Source: Elusimicrobiota bacterium
Lineage (GTDB): Bacteria > CG03 > SLGR01 > JBDRKX01
Direction: 5' to 3'
Assembly (NCBI GenBank): GCA_043813605.1
Contig: JBDRKX010000019.1
Location: 1 to 18,859, forward strand
Length of the DNA stretch: 18,859 nucleotides
Under the pieces are notes generated by a model. It was not told where the DNA came from, did not search any database, and worked only from the letters and a program-made list of their open reading frames with translations. Shown here piece by piece: positions 1 through 12,000 of this stretch; position 1 is the first letter of the stretch, and every line of letters starts with the position of its first letter. The position numbers and the translations under genes were made by a program.

Positions 1-3000
1 GCTCTCTGCCAGTTTTCCAAGTGAAACCTCAAGCTCTTCCGTACGGTCAAACCACATCACCCATTCGTTCCGCACGAATTCACGCACATCCCCGTCATTC
101 ATCAGCATGACTCTTCCGGGTTCTCCGCGGTCACTAAGACCGGACATCACCGCAGCCATCCGCGACGCCTCGCGGTTACGCGATATTATTCCCAGAGTAT
201 CCACTACCTTCCGGTGGCCGAGACGCCCGTCTTTCGTGATAACTTTCGCGTAATCAGATGTCTCGGGCAGTATCTGCCCCACCCCGCGCGACCCGTAAAC
301 CTTTTCCAGTTCCTTACCCGTAACATACGCCGTCTCTTCTTCCGCATCGTAACGCCCTATCCCGCGCTCCGTCATCAGACCGGTTATCTCCGCTCCGCGC
401 ACCCTGATCCCTTCCTCTTCCAGGATCTTCACCGCGCGCTCCTTTATCTTTTCCGCGTCTTCCAGCATCACAGGCACCGTTACAGCAGGTTCCTCCTGTA
501 TGGCGGCATATTTCCGCTCATTTGACCTGCGCACCAATAAACCTAGCCCGAACAATGCCAGTAATACGGTGAACGCGCCCAGTATCACTCCCGCTTTCGT
601 TAACACATCAGTACCATATAAACCCGCAAGACGATCATATCCCGTTGCGATCAGCCCGCGGTGCACCAGAGCATACACACCCGCTGCCAGGGAAACCATT
701 AAACCGACAATAAATACCGGCCGTACACGCTTTACTTCAGCCGCCTCTACAACGGCTGCAGGTTTGATCTCTATGTCAACCGCGCCGCCCAGTGAAACTT
801 GACTGTCCCCGGATCCTATTGCAGTATCTTTTACATCCTTAAGCGCCTCTTTAGTATAGAGTTCAGCGATTTCGAGCGGCCACTGCACGAACTGCATGTA
901 AGTTGATGTATTCAATTTTTCTTCTTTTGTATGCGGATTCTCGTAATGCGCTCCGATGATAGCAACTTCAAAATGCTCGCCCCTATTGTTTTTCTGGACT
1001 GCAAGCACACTGCTGTCGAGCAATCCCTGAAAACCGAATCTCCAATCTGCTATTTTAAATTCCTTTCTGGTTATATTCTCAATAGCCTCTTTGGCATTCA
1101 GGGCAATCCAGGAGTCGCGAGAACCGTTATAAACAGGCGCACTGTCATCTTCCTCTGTTTTAAGCGCTTTCATATACTGGTGGGAAAACCTGTCGAGTTC
1201 TTCCTGATTTACGCTCCTCATCATGGCAGACGCACTGGCACGGGATGCATTACCTGCAAGAATTCCAAGATTTATAGTAGATTTAGGGGTTCCTTTTTTA
1301 TCTAAAGTAGTTATAACACCCCATTTGAGTTCCTTGTTTGTGATTATTTCTGTTACTAAATCTGCAAGCGCATTATCCCCCTTTGAACTGTTATATGCAC
1401 CTATTGTTTCTGCATCTAAAATAGTATTATCGAGAGTTGTATTTGTTACTGAAATGTCTGCACCCGGGTCTTGCTCAGCATATTTCTTCTTCACACTTAC
1501 GCGGTAATTCTCTATGATTTTTTCGGCTTCTTTAATATCTTTTACAAGAAGGACAGCTTCTGCCTGTTTGGGTATTTCGGTCCGGCCTGAACCGCCTGAA
1601 AAATAAACAGGCTCTGCAGACGGTATAAGCTCTATAAGGTCTAAAAGTCCATTTATCGCATTAAGCCTTCCTTTGTTAATATCTACCCCGGAATGTCCGC
1701 CCATACCCCCGTCAATCTTTATTCTGAGGGCAGGTGTATCGGAATTTACATGTTTGAAACCTGCCGGAGAATATTTTTTTGGTTCTGCAATTCTTACTGT
1801 TTCAAATCCCGAGCCTCCGGCAATACTGACTAATATATTTCCGCTACCGTCATATTTCGGCTCACTATCCATGTTAACCAGGTACTTTGATTTAAACTGG
1901 CTCGTATCCGTATTGAGAGCACCCGACCACCCGGTTTCTTCATCAACCGTAAAAAGGAATTCTATACCGCAATGCCCTTTAGCGTTATTCACTGTCCTGC
2001 CTGCAAGATCAAGCATCGCCGCAATACCCGCCCCATTATCTATTCCGAGATTCGCGTCCCTTCCTTTAAGCCAAAGCTTCTCTTCTTCTTCTACGATCTG
2101 TGATTCAACAGGCACACTCCAATCCCTGTCTTTCGGATCGAAGACCATATCCATGTGAGCCTGGAATAAAAGATATTTATCTTTAAGCTTTTGGGACTCC
2201 GACGGATAGATTCTTACATACACATTGCCTTCCTTGTTCTTTGTAATAACACCCGGCACGCCCGGGATTTCTTCCTCAGGAAGATTAGCGCTTTTGGGGT
2301 CATCGAGATTGTAAGGAATATATTCCAGACCGAGTGACTGTAGATAGTTGATAATGAATTCGGCTTTTGGGGATTCATTCCGCGAGCCTGTATGGATTGA
2401 GAGGGTATCAAGCAGTATACCCCAAGATACCGCTATCTGATTAAGTTCTTTTTGAAGATCTTCCGGATTGATATTTTTTTGGCTCAGGTAGGTATTACTT
2501 ATTTCGCGTGCTTTTTCTCCGGCTACTTTTACAGACTGTCCTCTTGCAAGGAGCTCGCTTTTTGCGATTTCTTCAAGTATAAGTGAAGCGAGTTTTTCTG
2601 GATCTAATTGGGAAACTGCGATATCCTGAATAAGAATGTTACCCGGTAATTCAGGTACATCTACCCAGTCCTCGACCGATTTTATACTGTCCGGATTGTG
2701 TATAACACCTATAACTGCGGATTTTTTTCTGCCGTTAACCCTGTATTTAAATTCCATCCTGTATCCATCAATACGTTTTAAAGAATCTGTATACATCCAG
2801 AATTTATCAACCGAATAATCTTTCCCGGGTAATTCCACCGATATTTTTTTCCATTTAAGCGATTTAAATGCTTCTTCAAGTTTCTTTTCTCTGATTCCAT
2901 TCTCCGGTATCCGCACAGGAGTTCCTTCAGACAATGTAAGCAATGAGATCATATCATTGGAACTGACTTCTTCTTTCTTAGCTCTTCTGATTATTGCTTC

Positions 3001-6000
3001 ATATCTTTCTATGCCTATCAGCCTCTTCAGTCCCTTCAATATTATCTTTTCGTCAACATCCAGCACACTGTTCAATTCCGCTGCCGGCGCACTCTTATCC
3101 GGTATCCCTGCAATCCACCTTGTTGCACCGATACTGGGATTAATAATAAATCCATCATTGTCATATTCTTCTACAATATTGGCTACATCATATTTCTGTC
3201 TCGCATCGGTAAAATACTTTTTAAAGAGCTTTACTGAAGCGATGTTCGCAAGATCAGCTGCAACCTGATATTTTCTATAATCTTTTCCTACAATATTCCT
3301 TAATGAATCCACAAAAACGCCATAGGCATCATCCATATATTTCTTGTTAGCAAGGTCCTTGTTGAGAGCAATCTGAAAAAGCTCAATATCCTCTGTTTTC
3401 CTGTATACTGTAAATTTTCTCTGAAACAGCATACTTCCCGAACCTTCATAAACATCTCTGTAACCATATACATGCCTTAATTCTTCACCCTGATAGGTTT
3501 CCTCCACAAATTCAATTATTACATTTTTTTCAGCCACCAGCAGCTCGATAGTTTCCGTATCAGTGGCTTTATAGCGTGTCCTGCATGTAAAATAAACAAG
3601 AGAACCATCGGGGATATTTCTTAATTCATCCATTATTTTTCTTTTATAATCTTCCTGGGTATCTTTGTCCCAGTCTATATTGACGACCTTTAATTGTTCA
3701 CCATTATTTATTTCTTTCAGTTTTTCATTAAGTCTACCTAGCCACTTGGGGGTACCAAGGCCTTTTAAAGCATCTTGTTCGGAAACCTCCCCCAGGATAC
3801 CTGCGGCATCACTTTTCGCTTTTATTACTTTATGGTCATCTGCCTTTTTTTCGGGTTCCCTTTCTTTCTCTTCTTCACGCTTTCTTCTGAATAACCCGAA
3901 TCCGAACAGCATGCCGAACATCGATGCAGATGCAGTCTCGTCTTTTCCCGTACCGGCAGCAGAAACCCTCGATTCTAGTTCTTTCATTTTCCGGTAATAT
4001 TCTACGCTGGCTTCCTTTTCCTGGTCAATCTCTGTGTCGTAATACTCTAACCCGGCGCCATCGTCCAAATCCCCCACAACAAATTGCTGTTCGGCCGCAA
4101 TCTTTTCCCTGTGCTCATTTATCATCTTCCCTATGCGCAGCAGTTCTTCTTTGGATATATTCCCCTCGGAATCGAGCGCCACGTCGACCAGCGTTGCACG
4201 GCCTATTAAATAAACTCTTAGTTTACCTTCTGGCGTCATAAAGCGTTTAGCCGTCAATGCGGCTCTCTTCCACAGATATTGCGTAGAAGAGACCTTATTG
4301 ATAAGCCCCAGCGTGTCGTCAAGCCACAAACAATAATTTTCCGGGTAATCCTCTTCCTCGTCCTTGTCCATAGCGTACTTGGACGGGAACTCCTTCAGGT
4401 CCTTTGTCTTTTTACTCTCGATATATGATTTCTTGTATGCCGCGATCTCCTCTGCAGCGAGTTTCCGGTATACATGGTGCCCTATCTCGTGCCACATGTT
4501 CTGAATCGTGTTATACGCATACGCAGAACGATCCAGCGCCGAATGTCTTAGCCGTGACCAGTAAACGGCGGCCGGGTCGATCAGTGCGCCGTAGCTATCA
4601 ATGGCCTTCGGGATATTATCCACGAAAAGAAACGCCTCGAAACCCGCAAGATGACTGCGCGGTATGTCTGTTACCACAACTTCAATCTGTTTTTTCTCCC
4701 AATCCGTAGCGTTAAGAGCAAGTATCCTGTTCTGCCCGGCTTTTACCGAATCAAAATACCTGTGAGGCTCGAAGAATCCGGACAACGGAGCTTTCAACAC
4801 GAACATCAGTACCGCGAACAGAAGAGCCGCGCGCGAAAATTGAGCGAGAACAGGCCGTGTTGAGCCGAGATGCCTGATCAGTGATTTTCCGACCCGTGCT
4901 GTAAACATTGCCACGAATCCGGAAAATACCGCCGACGCCGCCAGTGTAGAGTATGCGACCAGATCGTCAAATATCTTGTAATCAAAGTACAGGAGCGCAT
5001 CTCTCAGCAGATAGGACCCGGCGGCATTCAGCAGGGATTCGTATACAACTAATACACCGAAAGTGAGACCCACGAATACGCCCGCGGCGGTAAATGAGTT
5101 CAACACATCAATGCGTCTTGCAACCCTGTTCCACCAGCGTTCCCCCCCGATGAAGTTCTTCCAGAGCGGGCGGATCAACGTGTCGAAGAAATCCTGCCTC
5201 ACATCATCTCTGTGGTGACCCCGGATAATATCGTTGTTCTCGTGGCGGAGTACGATGGAAAGCGCCTGCATATCGAGACTGGTTCGGACATATTTCAGGA
5301 GGTTTACGTGCAGGTAGATGGAGTTGAAAGTAATGCCTGAATGGGCGAGGATCTGACCTTTGGAAAAAACACCTTTTTTACCCAGGAGGAGGACTATATC
5401 CCTTGTCTTCAGGGGCTTTGACGGAGCCTCATCTCTCACGCGGATGAGCACCTTCAGCCATTCTTTCAGCCACTCGATATCGGACCTGGCAAGATACCTT
5501 TGGAGTCTCTTTATCGCCTTGATCTTCGCCCTGTCGCTCCCGTAGCGGTAACCGGAGTTCTCCACCAGGGTCAAAGCCATGAATTTGGTATCGCCGAAGA
5601 ACCATCCCTCGACATCCGACACACTGGCGCCAGCCGGTATTCTCAGCGAATACCCATCCTTCATATCCTTCCGTATCTCGGGATCTACCTTAAGAAGATC
5701 AACATCCTTACTGATGAGATTCTTCGCCGCTTTTTTATCCGGGGATAATATGGGCCTGGCGGTTATCGGCTTGTCTGAGAGGACCATATCTATTATTTTC
5801 TTATCCCTTGTGAGGCTCTCCCAGCCTACTTTCGTAAGAAAACGCCTGTAGAACTTTTTGTCCGGGTAGGTCCTGAATGTATTCCCCGCATCGATTATGT
5901 AGATCCTGGGGCTGTCGCCGGTCAATGACATTCTGAAATTGTTGCGCTTATAAAAGTCCCTCACTTCGTATCCGTTTTGCCGCAGTCGGCCGATAAAATT

Positions 6001-9000
6001 CCTCAGCGCCTCAAGTTCATCAGCAGTCGCAGTATCACAAGCAATATCGGAAAGCGGCTTGCCATCCACCCGCTCCGAGATAATATAACCGGTCATGCCA
6101 CCTACCATACCCCAGTAATAGGGGGGCTTTGCCAGCCCTTTATGCGCAAGCTCCTGGAGCATGAGAAATTCCCGCTGCACTATCCTGTCATACTCGCCTT
6201 TTTCTATGAGCGGCTTCAGCTCTGCCGTACTCTTATCATAATCACGGATGATCTTTATCACCCGGTCAGGCCTGAACGGATCAGCAAATACGAATGAAAA
6301 ATTCGATATAGCCAGCAACTCGGCCTTTTCCGCCTCGCTTCCGCGGATCACGGTCAGTTCGGGACCCGCCGGCCCATCAGTAAATTGGATCTCATATTCT
6401 TTTCTGCCGGAAGGATAGCCTTTTATCTTTGCCGTAATACTGTTAAGATCGGTATCCCTGCCTGCGGCAGCCGCTTCCCTCAGATCGTTTTCATCCCTGA
6501 AGAAATAAGTTTTAAAATCCTCTTCACCGAATCCTGTTTTCACAGTAGTGCCGGCTGCATCGAAGACACCATTTTCTATGAGACTATTGATTATGAGCGG
6601 TATACGCGGGTTTTGCACTACATCTATCTTCAACCGTGATATGCCTCTTCTGAGCGTATAGTCCGCAGTCGCCGCGAGAGCTTCAGCTCCGGCGCCACGG
6701 TCTTCTCCCTGTATCAATATATCACTTAAAACCATGGTCTCGCCGTCTTCCATGTTCAGCAGGAGTTTCCCGACTGTCCAGCCGGCCGGGTCGAGTATCC
6801 TGTGATTGTATTCCCTTTCACCCGTTACCTCGACCACACTGTACCCGGGTTTTATCTCCCGCGGCCTGTCTTGGGGTATATCTTTATCCGCATCGGAGAG
6901 CGGCCCCAAGGATGCCGTGCCTTTCCTCCATACGGCCTTCAGGAGCTCTTCGGTAAACGGCCTATGGCGGCCGATGAGCCCGGGCCATGACGCTTCCAGC
7001 AGCTCATATATGAGTTTGTTTGCTTTATGCACGGACCAGTCTATATCTACATCCCTTAGATTTCTCCTGTTCACAAGTTCGCCGAAATCCGAAAGGAGCA
7101 CATTGCCTTCTTCGTCCACACCGTAATTCGCAAACTTTACATCCAGGTTGATGAATCCCTTCTTCCACATAGAGAGATGCATCCTTCGATGGCTCTCGAG
7201 GAGTCTCAAGACCTCATTGGCCGACTCACGGTCCTTCTTCCTTGCAAGCAATTTCAATTTTTTATCAAGCGGTACGATCTCCTTCTGGAAAGTTATTGCA
7301 GTGAATGGGATCATACTGCCGTATTTCTCTATAAGGCGCGGGACACGCTCGAGGCTCAGTTCGTAGATTTTCCCCAGGTCAACCCGCATAGTGGGCACAG
7401 CGAAATCCGCGCCTCTTTTCAGCGCATGCGTCATTCCCTGCTCCATATCTATTCCGAATATCGCGGGTGTAGCCTCATCGGGTCTTGCAAACTTCGCGAC
7501 AGGGAACTTCTTCTTCCTGTCCACAAAGACCAGAGACTCTGCGCCCGACGAGAGCACTCCGAACCGTTCCGGGGTCTTCTCGAGCGCCTCTATAAATCTC
7601 ATTGCCAGATCGGGTTCGGAGACCGATGAAGCAAATACGGATCTCAGATCCAGCACACTTTTTTCTGCTGCTGCGGCCGCCTTTTTCACGGCCGATCCGG
7701 CGGACCTATAAGCTTTCTGCAGTTCTTCAGATATGTCCGCTTCCGCCGAAAGAAAACCGGGATACGCCGTTTCAAGGTAGCCTTCCATCTGCTTTTTAAG
7801 TAACGAAAGCTGATATTTGGAAAACTCAGATATAAGGTGCGGTCTCTCATGGAGTATGGATAGCAGTTCCTCGTGCAGGTGGAGAATCGGCTTTCCCGAA
7901 CGGTCAAAGAGTACCATAGCGAGAATACCATCACCTTTTTCAGGGATCAATTCGGATCCCCCGAATATATTTACACTTATCCCGCGCAGGCCTTTTACAT
8001 GCCTATGCGAAGTAGCGGACCGTAGTTTCTTCCCAAGCTTTTTAATGGTCCTGGCATACTCAGCGGGGCGTACCGAAGCTCCCGGAAGATAGTATGCCGA
8101 AAGATAGTCATATACGATGTTCCGCAATCCGGCGGCTCCGAGACCGGACATGTCAGACAGGGCCCCCGCTGTATCCCTTGCTATGCGGATGATATCAAGA
8201 GTGATATTTTCAGTGGATGTATGACCGAAGTATAAGACTATATCTTCTATAGCGTCGGCAAACGGTATACGGGCGGAATCGGTATTAACAAGCAAGGTCT
8301 TGAGAAGAGTAAAAAGGGCCCTGTCCGGCGCAACGGAAAACCCAGCACGGTCGAGATCGGCAACTGCATATTCGAAGTTCTCACCTGATCCCATATAATT
8401 CGTGAACCTGTCGAGCACCCTGAAGGGAACTCCAGTGAGTTTCGCGATCTTCGGGGAACTGTTCTCCCGGACATGTAAAGAGACATACTCCGCGCCCCTT
8501 TCCGCCGCCGCTTCCATAAACCCGCGGTAGAGTATCTCTGATAACCCGTATTTACGGTACTCTTCTGCAACCGCTATCAAGTTGACATACATAGTGTTGC
8601 CGAGACCGGTGTTGCCGTCTTCCCGGAAGAGTTCAGGATAACCTCCGGCGGACAGCTCGCTCTCAAGCAGGTTCCCGGCTATATACCCGATGGTCCGCCC
8701 CCTGTGCTGGAGGCGCATGCATATCGTCCCCGGATGGGTGATCACCTTCCTGTAGAACTCCCTGTCCAGGACTACTGCACCGCCGGTTTCAAGTTCCATG
8801 ACTGTATCGATGATTTCTTCCCAGTTCCCGGGTTTCACGGCCTCTACAGATATACCGGATATGTCTATGCCGTCGGCAAGCGCCTTGGCATGAGGTATCT
8901 CTATATAACGCTTGCCGTGCATATATATCAGAGTCTCATATATCCTCTCTACGAGATCGCCTCCAGACATCTCGGCGAATCTCTTCCAGAATATCCACAG

Positions 9001-12000
9001 AAGATTTTCATCGGTTGCTACACCGGCGGCTTCAATATCAGCAAGGGCCCTGTCAAAACCCACCCGGTCCCGAGCCGAACCTGCATCCATCGCCAGGACA
9101 CCAAATTCGTCTTCCCCGGCGAACTCTGCCGCCCAGCTCCTAACTGTCGCTGCATCTAGCTTTCCGAGCTGTTTCACGACCGACTCCCAATCTTTAATAT
9201 CTTTCTGTTTTGCCGTTGTAAGCGCCCATTCCATGGCCTTGGCGTTAAGGAAAGGCATCGTGTTGACCTCGACCCGGGCTTCATACATGACCATTACAAG
9301 ATGTACGAACAGGTCCTGGCTCACCTTCTCCCCCATCTCGTGAATCTCAGCGTAAGCGTCGTAGGGCTTAAGTACTATGTCCTTCAGACCCGGATATCCT
9401 TTTGAGGAGAATGCCATTATCCCTACTGAGTCATCTATCTGTTTCTGTGCCAGTTCCGCAGTCCTGTTGATAAACTCTCCCCTGAACCTCAAGTAGGCGT
9501 TCTTCACACCCACATTTTTCCCGGCCATTACCTTCCCGAGAGAGTGGATATCCGAGTAGGAGAGCGGTTTGAGAGCATCTTCAACAGTTGCCAGCGCGCC
9601 CTTTTCCTTGAGAGCGAAAAGAGGCGCGTATCTGTCTATGCTCAATATTTTCTTAAGTTCGGCGACAAGCTTTTCGTCTTCTTCGGGGGTAAGGTCACCG
9701 TTCACCCATTTTTCCATGACCGCGCGGGCATATTTGTTCACCTGAACGACATATTCAGCCGCGTTCTCGAACACAAGGTGAGCTGTCCGCCTCCCTATAA
9801 GGACGCACCCGAACCTGTCCTGGAGTTCCGCGTTCTCCGCCATATCCATGTTCGGGTCTATCTCGAATCCGACAGCGTGGGCTATCTCTGAAGGCAGCGC
9901 AGGTACGGCGCCGGATATGAATCCCGCCCAGTATATCCCGTTATTCCATGTCAGTATGTCGAACCCGTGGTTCCTGTGGAACCCGCGCTTGAACTTCTTC
10001 ACGCTGGAGACCGAGTAGAACCTGAGGTTGATGGCGTAGGCAAGACCGGTAAGGAAATCCTCGTCGTCCGCGCGGTCGACGCCGAAGTGCTCCATTATCC
10101 AGCCGACCTTTTTAAACACGCCTTCCGGGTTCACGCTGAATTCCTTGCCTTCGGGTGTCTCCCACCCTATCGTTCCGATAGCGACGGCATCTTTCCAGTC
10201 GCCGATAAGCCGTGAGAGCCAGGGAGCTTTATTGCGGAGATTCCTCTCTATGACTGGAGCGAGTTCATCTTTAAGAAAAGCGGTATACCCACGGACGTCA
10301 CGGATATCCAGAAGGCCGTGAAAAAGAACCCTGAATCCGTCTTTATCTACAGACCCGACGCGCAGGTTCTCGCAAAGCATGTAGTAAGCGAGCTGGAACA
10401 TGTTCCTTTCGGGCGGGGACCTCTTTATCCTAGTCACATGCTCGTGGAATTTTTTCGCCAGCGGAAGATCGAACGGGACGAAGTCCATCGCCTCTATCAC
10501 CATCAGCCAGTACTCGTAGAAGTTCATCACTATGAACGGTATAGCTTCCAGTATGTCAGGATTATCCCGGTACCAGTAAGCTATGTTGGGCGCCCAGTCA
10601 CGGTCGAACCGTCTCAGCGCCGCGCCGTTCGCCAAGAGACCGGGCCAACCGATGTGCTCGTTAAGATATGGGAGAACACTGACACCCAGTTCCTCTTCTT
10701 TGAGATATATCTCCGCGAGCGATCTGAACAGCTTGGCGTTATCGCCGCTCGCAATGATCTTCCCGATATCAAAACTGCCGTTTTCCCCGGTGAAGAACCC
10801 GAGCCCTGCTCTCAACGGTTCCCCGCCGGCGGCACTTACCTTGCCTATATACTCCGATACCTTTTCAAAGTTGATTACCCTTGAGTCATCATTTTTAAGG
10901 AGTTCTTTGACAAGACCGCTTCTCGAAAGATATGCCGCCAGCTCGGGATTATCGCTGTGGATATTGAACAGGGCTTTCATTACCAGGCCGCCGGATTGTG
11001 ATGTCAATATGCCCCGGAAATCAAGTATCCCGTCAGATGCAAATATATCCGCGAAACCCGTGTAGGGCGCTTTCACCCTGCCCTCGTCATCCGCTATCTC
11101 GAAGAGTACGGGAAGTACCTGTTCGAATCTGGATACAAGCCGCGCATCGTTTGAAATATACTCAATATCCCCGCGGTCTATCAGCCGTTCTGCATACCTT
11201 TCGTTGATAAGTATGGCTCTCTGGAGCTGTTTAAAAAGCAGGCCGAGCGAGTACCTGTCAGTGAAATAGAGTTCACCGGTTGAGCTGCAGAATCCCGCCT
11301 TGTACATGGAGTCCCTGTATGTATTATTTACCATACCCTTTTTGTCCAGCACTTTATCAAAGACCTCGATCATGGCATAGAGCGTCTCAAGCATCCCCTC
11401 CCTTGCCATCAGCCTGTCTGACAACTTCCAGTCATTGAGGATCCTTCCGGCAAGAACAGGGTTCCTTATGGCCGCCCGGCCGATAATCCATGAATAGAAT
11501 ACGATATTCTCTGCCTTTTCCTTCATAATATCGTATTCTATTTCGTCTTCATATTTTCTGAACGGGTCCTTCCTCAGCATCGTGTCCGTCACCATCTTTC
11601 TGAGGATGCCGGACCTCTTCGCTTCCATCGCAAGATCCATATCTCCTTCAGCGATCAGTATGAGTCCCGTTAGGTAGAGCAGCTCTTTTTTGTTGTTAAG
11701 CAGCGTAGCGATGTCTATCTTTGCGGAATCATCGAGATATCCCTCGAGCAGGCCGCGCCACTTCTCATCAACTATTCCCTCCGGATTTACCCTCTTTTTG
11801 AACATCCAGAAATCAGACAGAGCCTCGGTCAGCGCCTCGTCGTTTTCTGAATAAAGACCCTGAGATTCCGCATGCCTGAGGAAATCCTCGTTAAAGAACG
11901 ACCATACGAGCCTCGTCCTGAAATCCGAATCGGCGACTCTTGAGCCTACGACCTTTATCGGATCGAACCTGCCGTTCTTATCATTGAACTTTTCGAATAT

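Noticed and set aside
7837..7851. HERPH as a third HExxH protease site
   Set aside because: There is a proline inside the would-be active-site helix and no downstream third-ligand motif, so it is likely coincidental within an eroded module.
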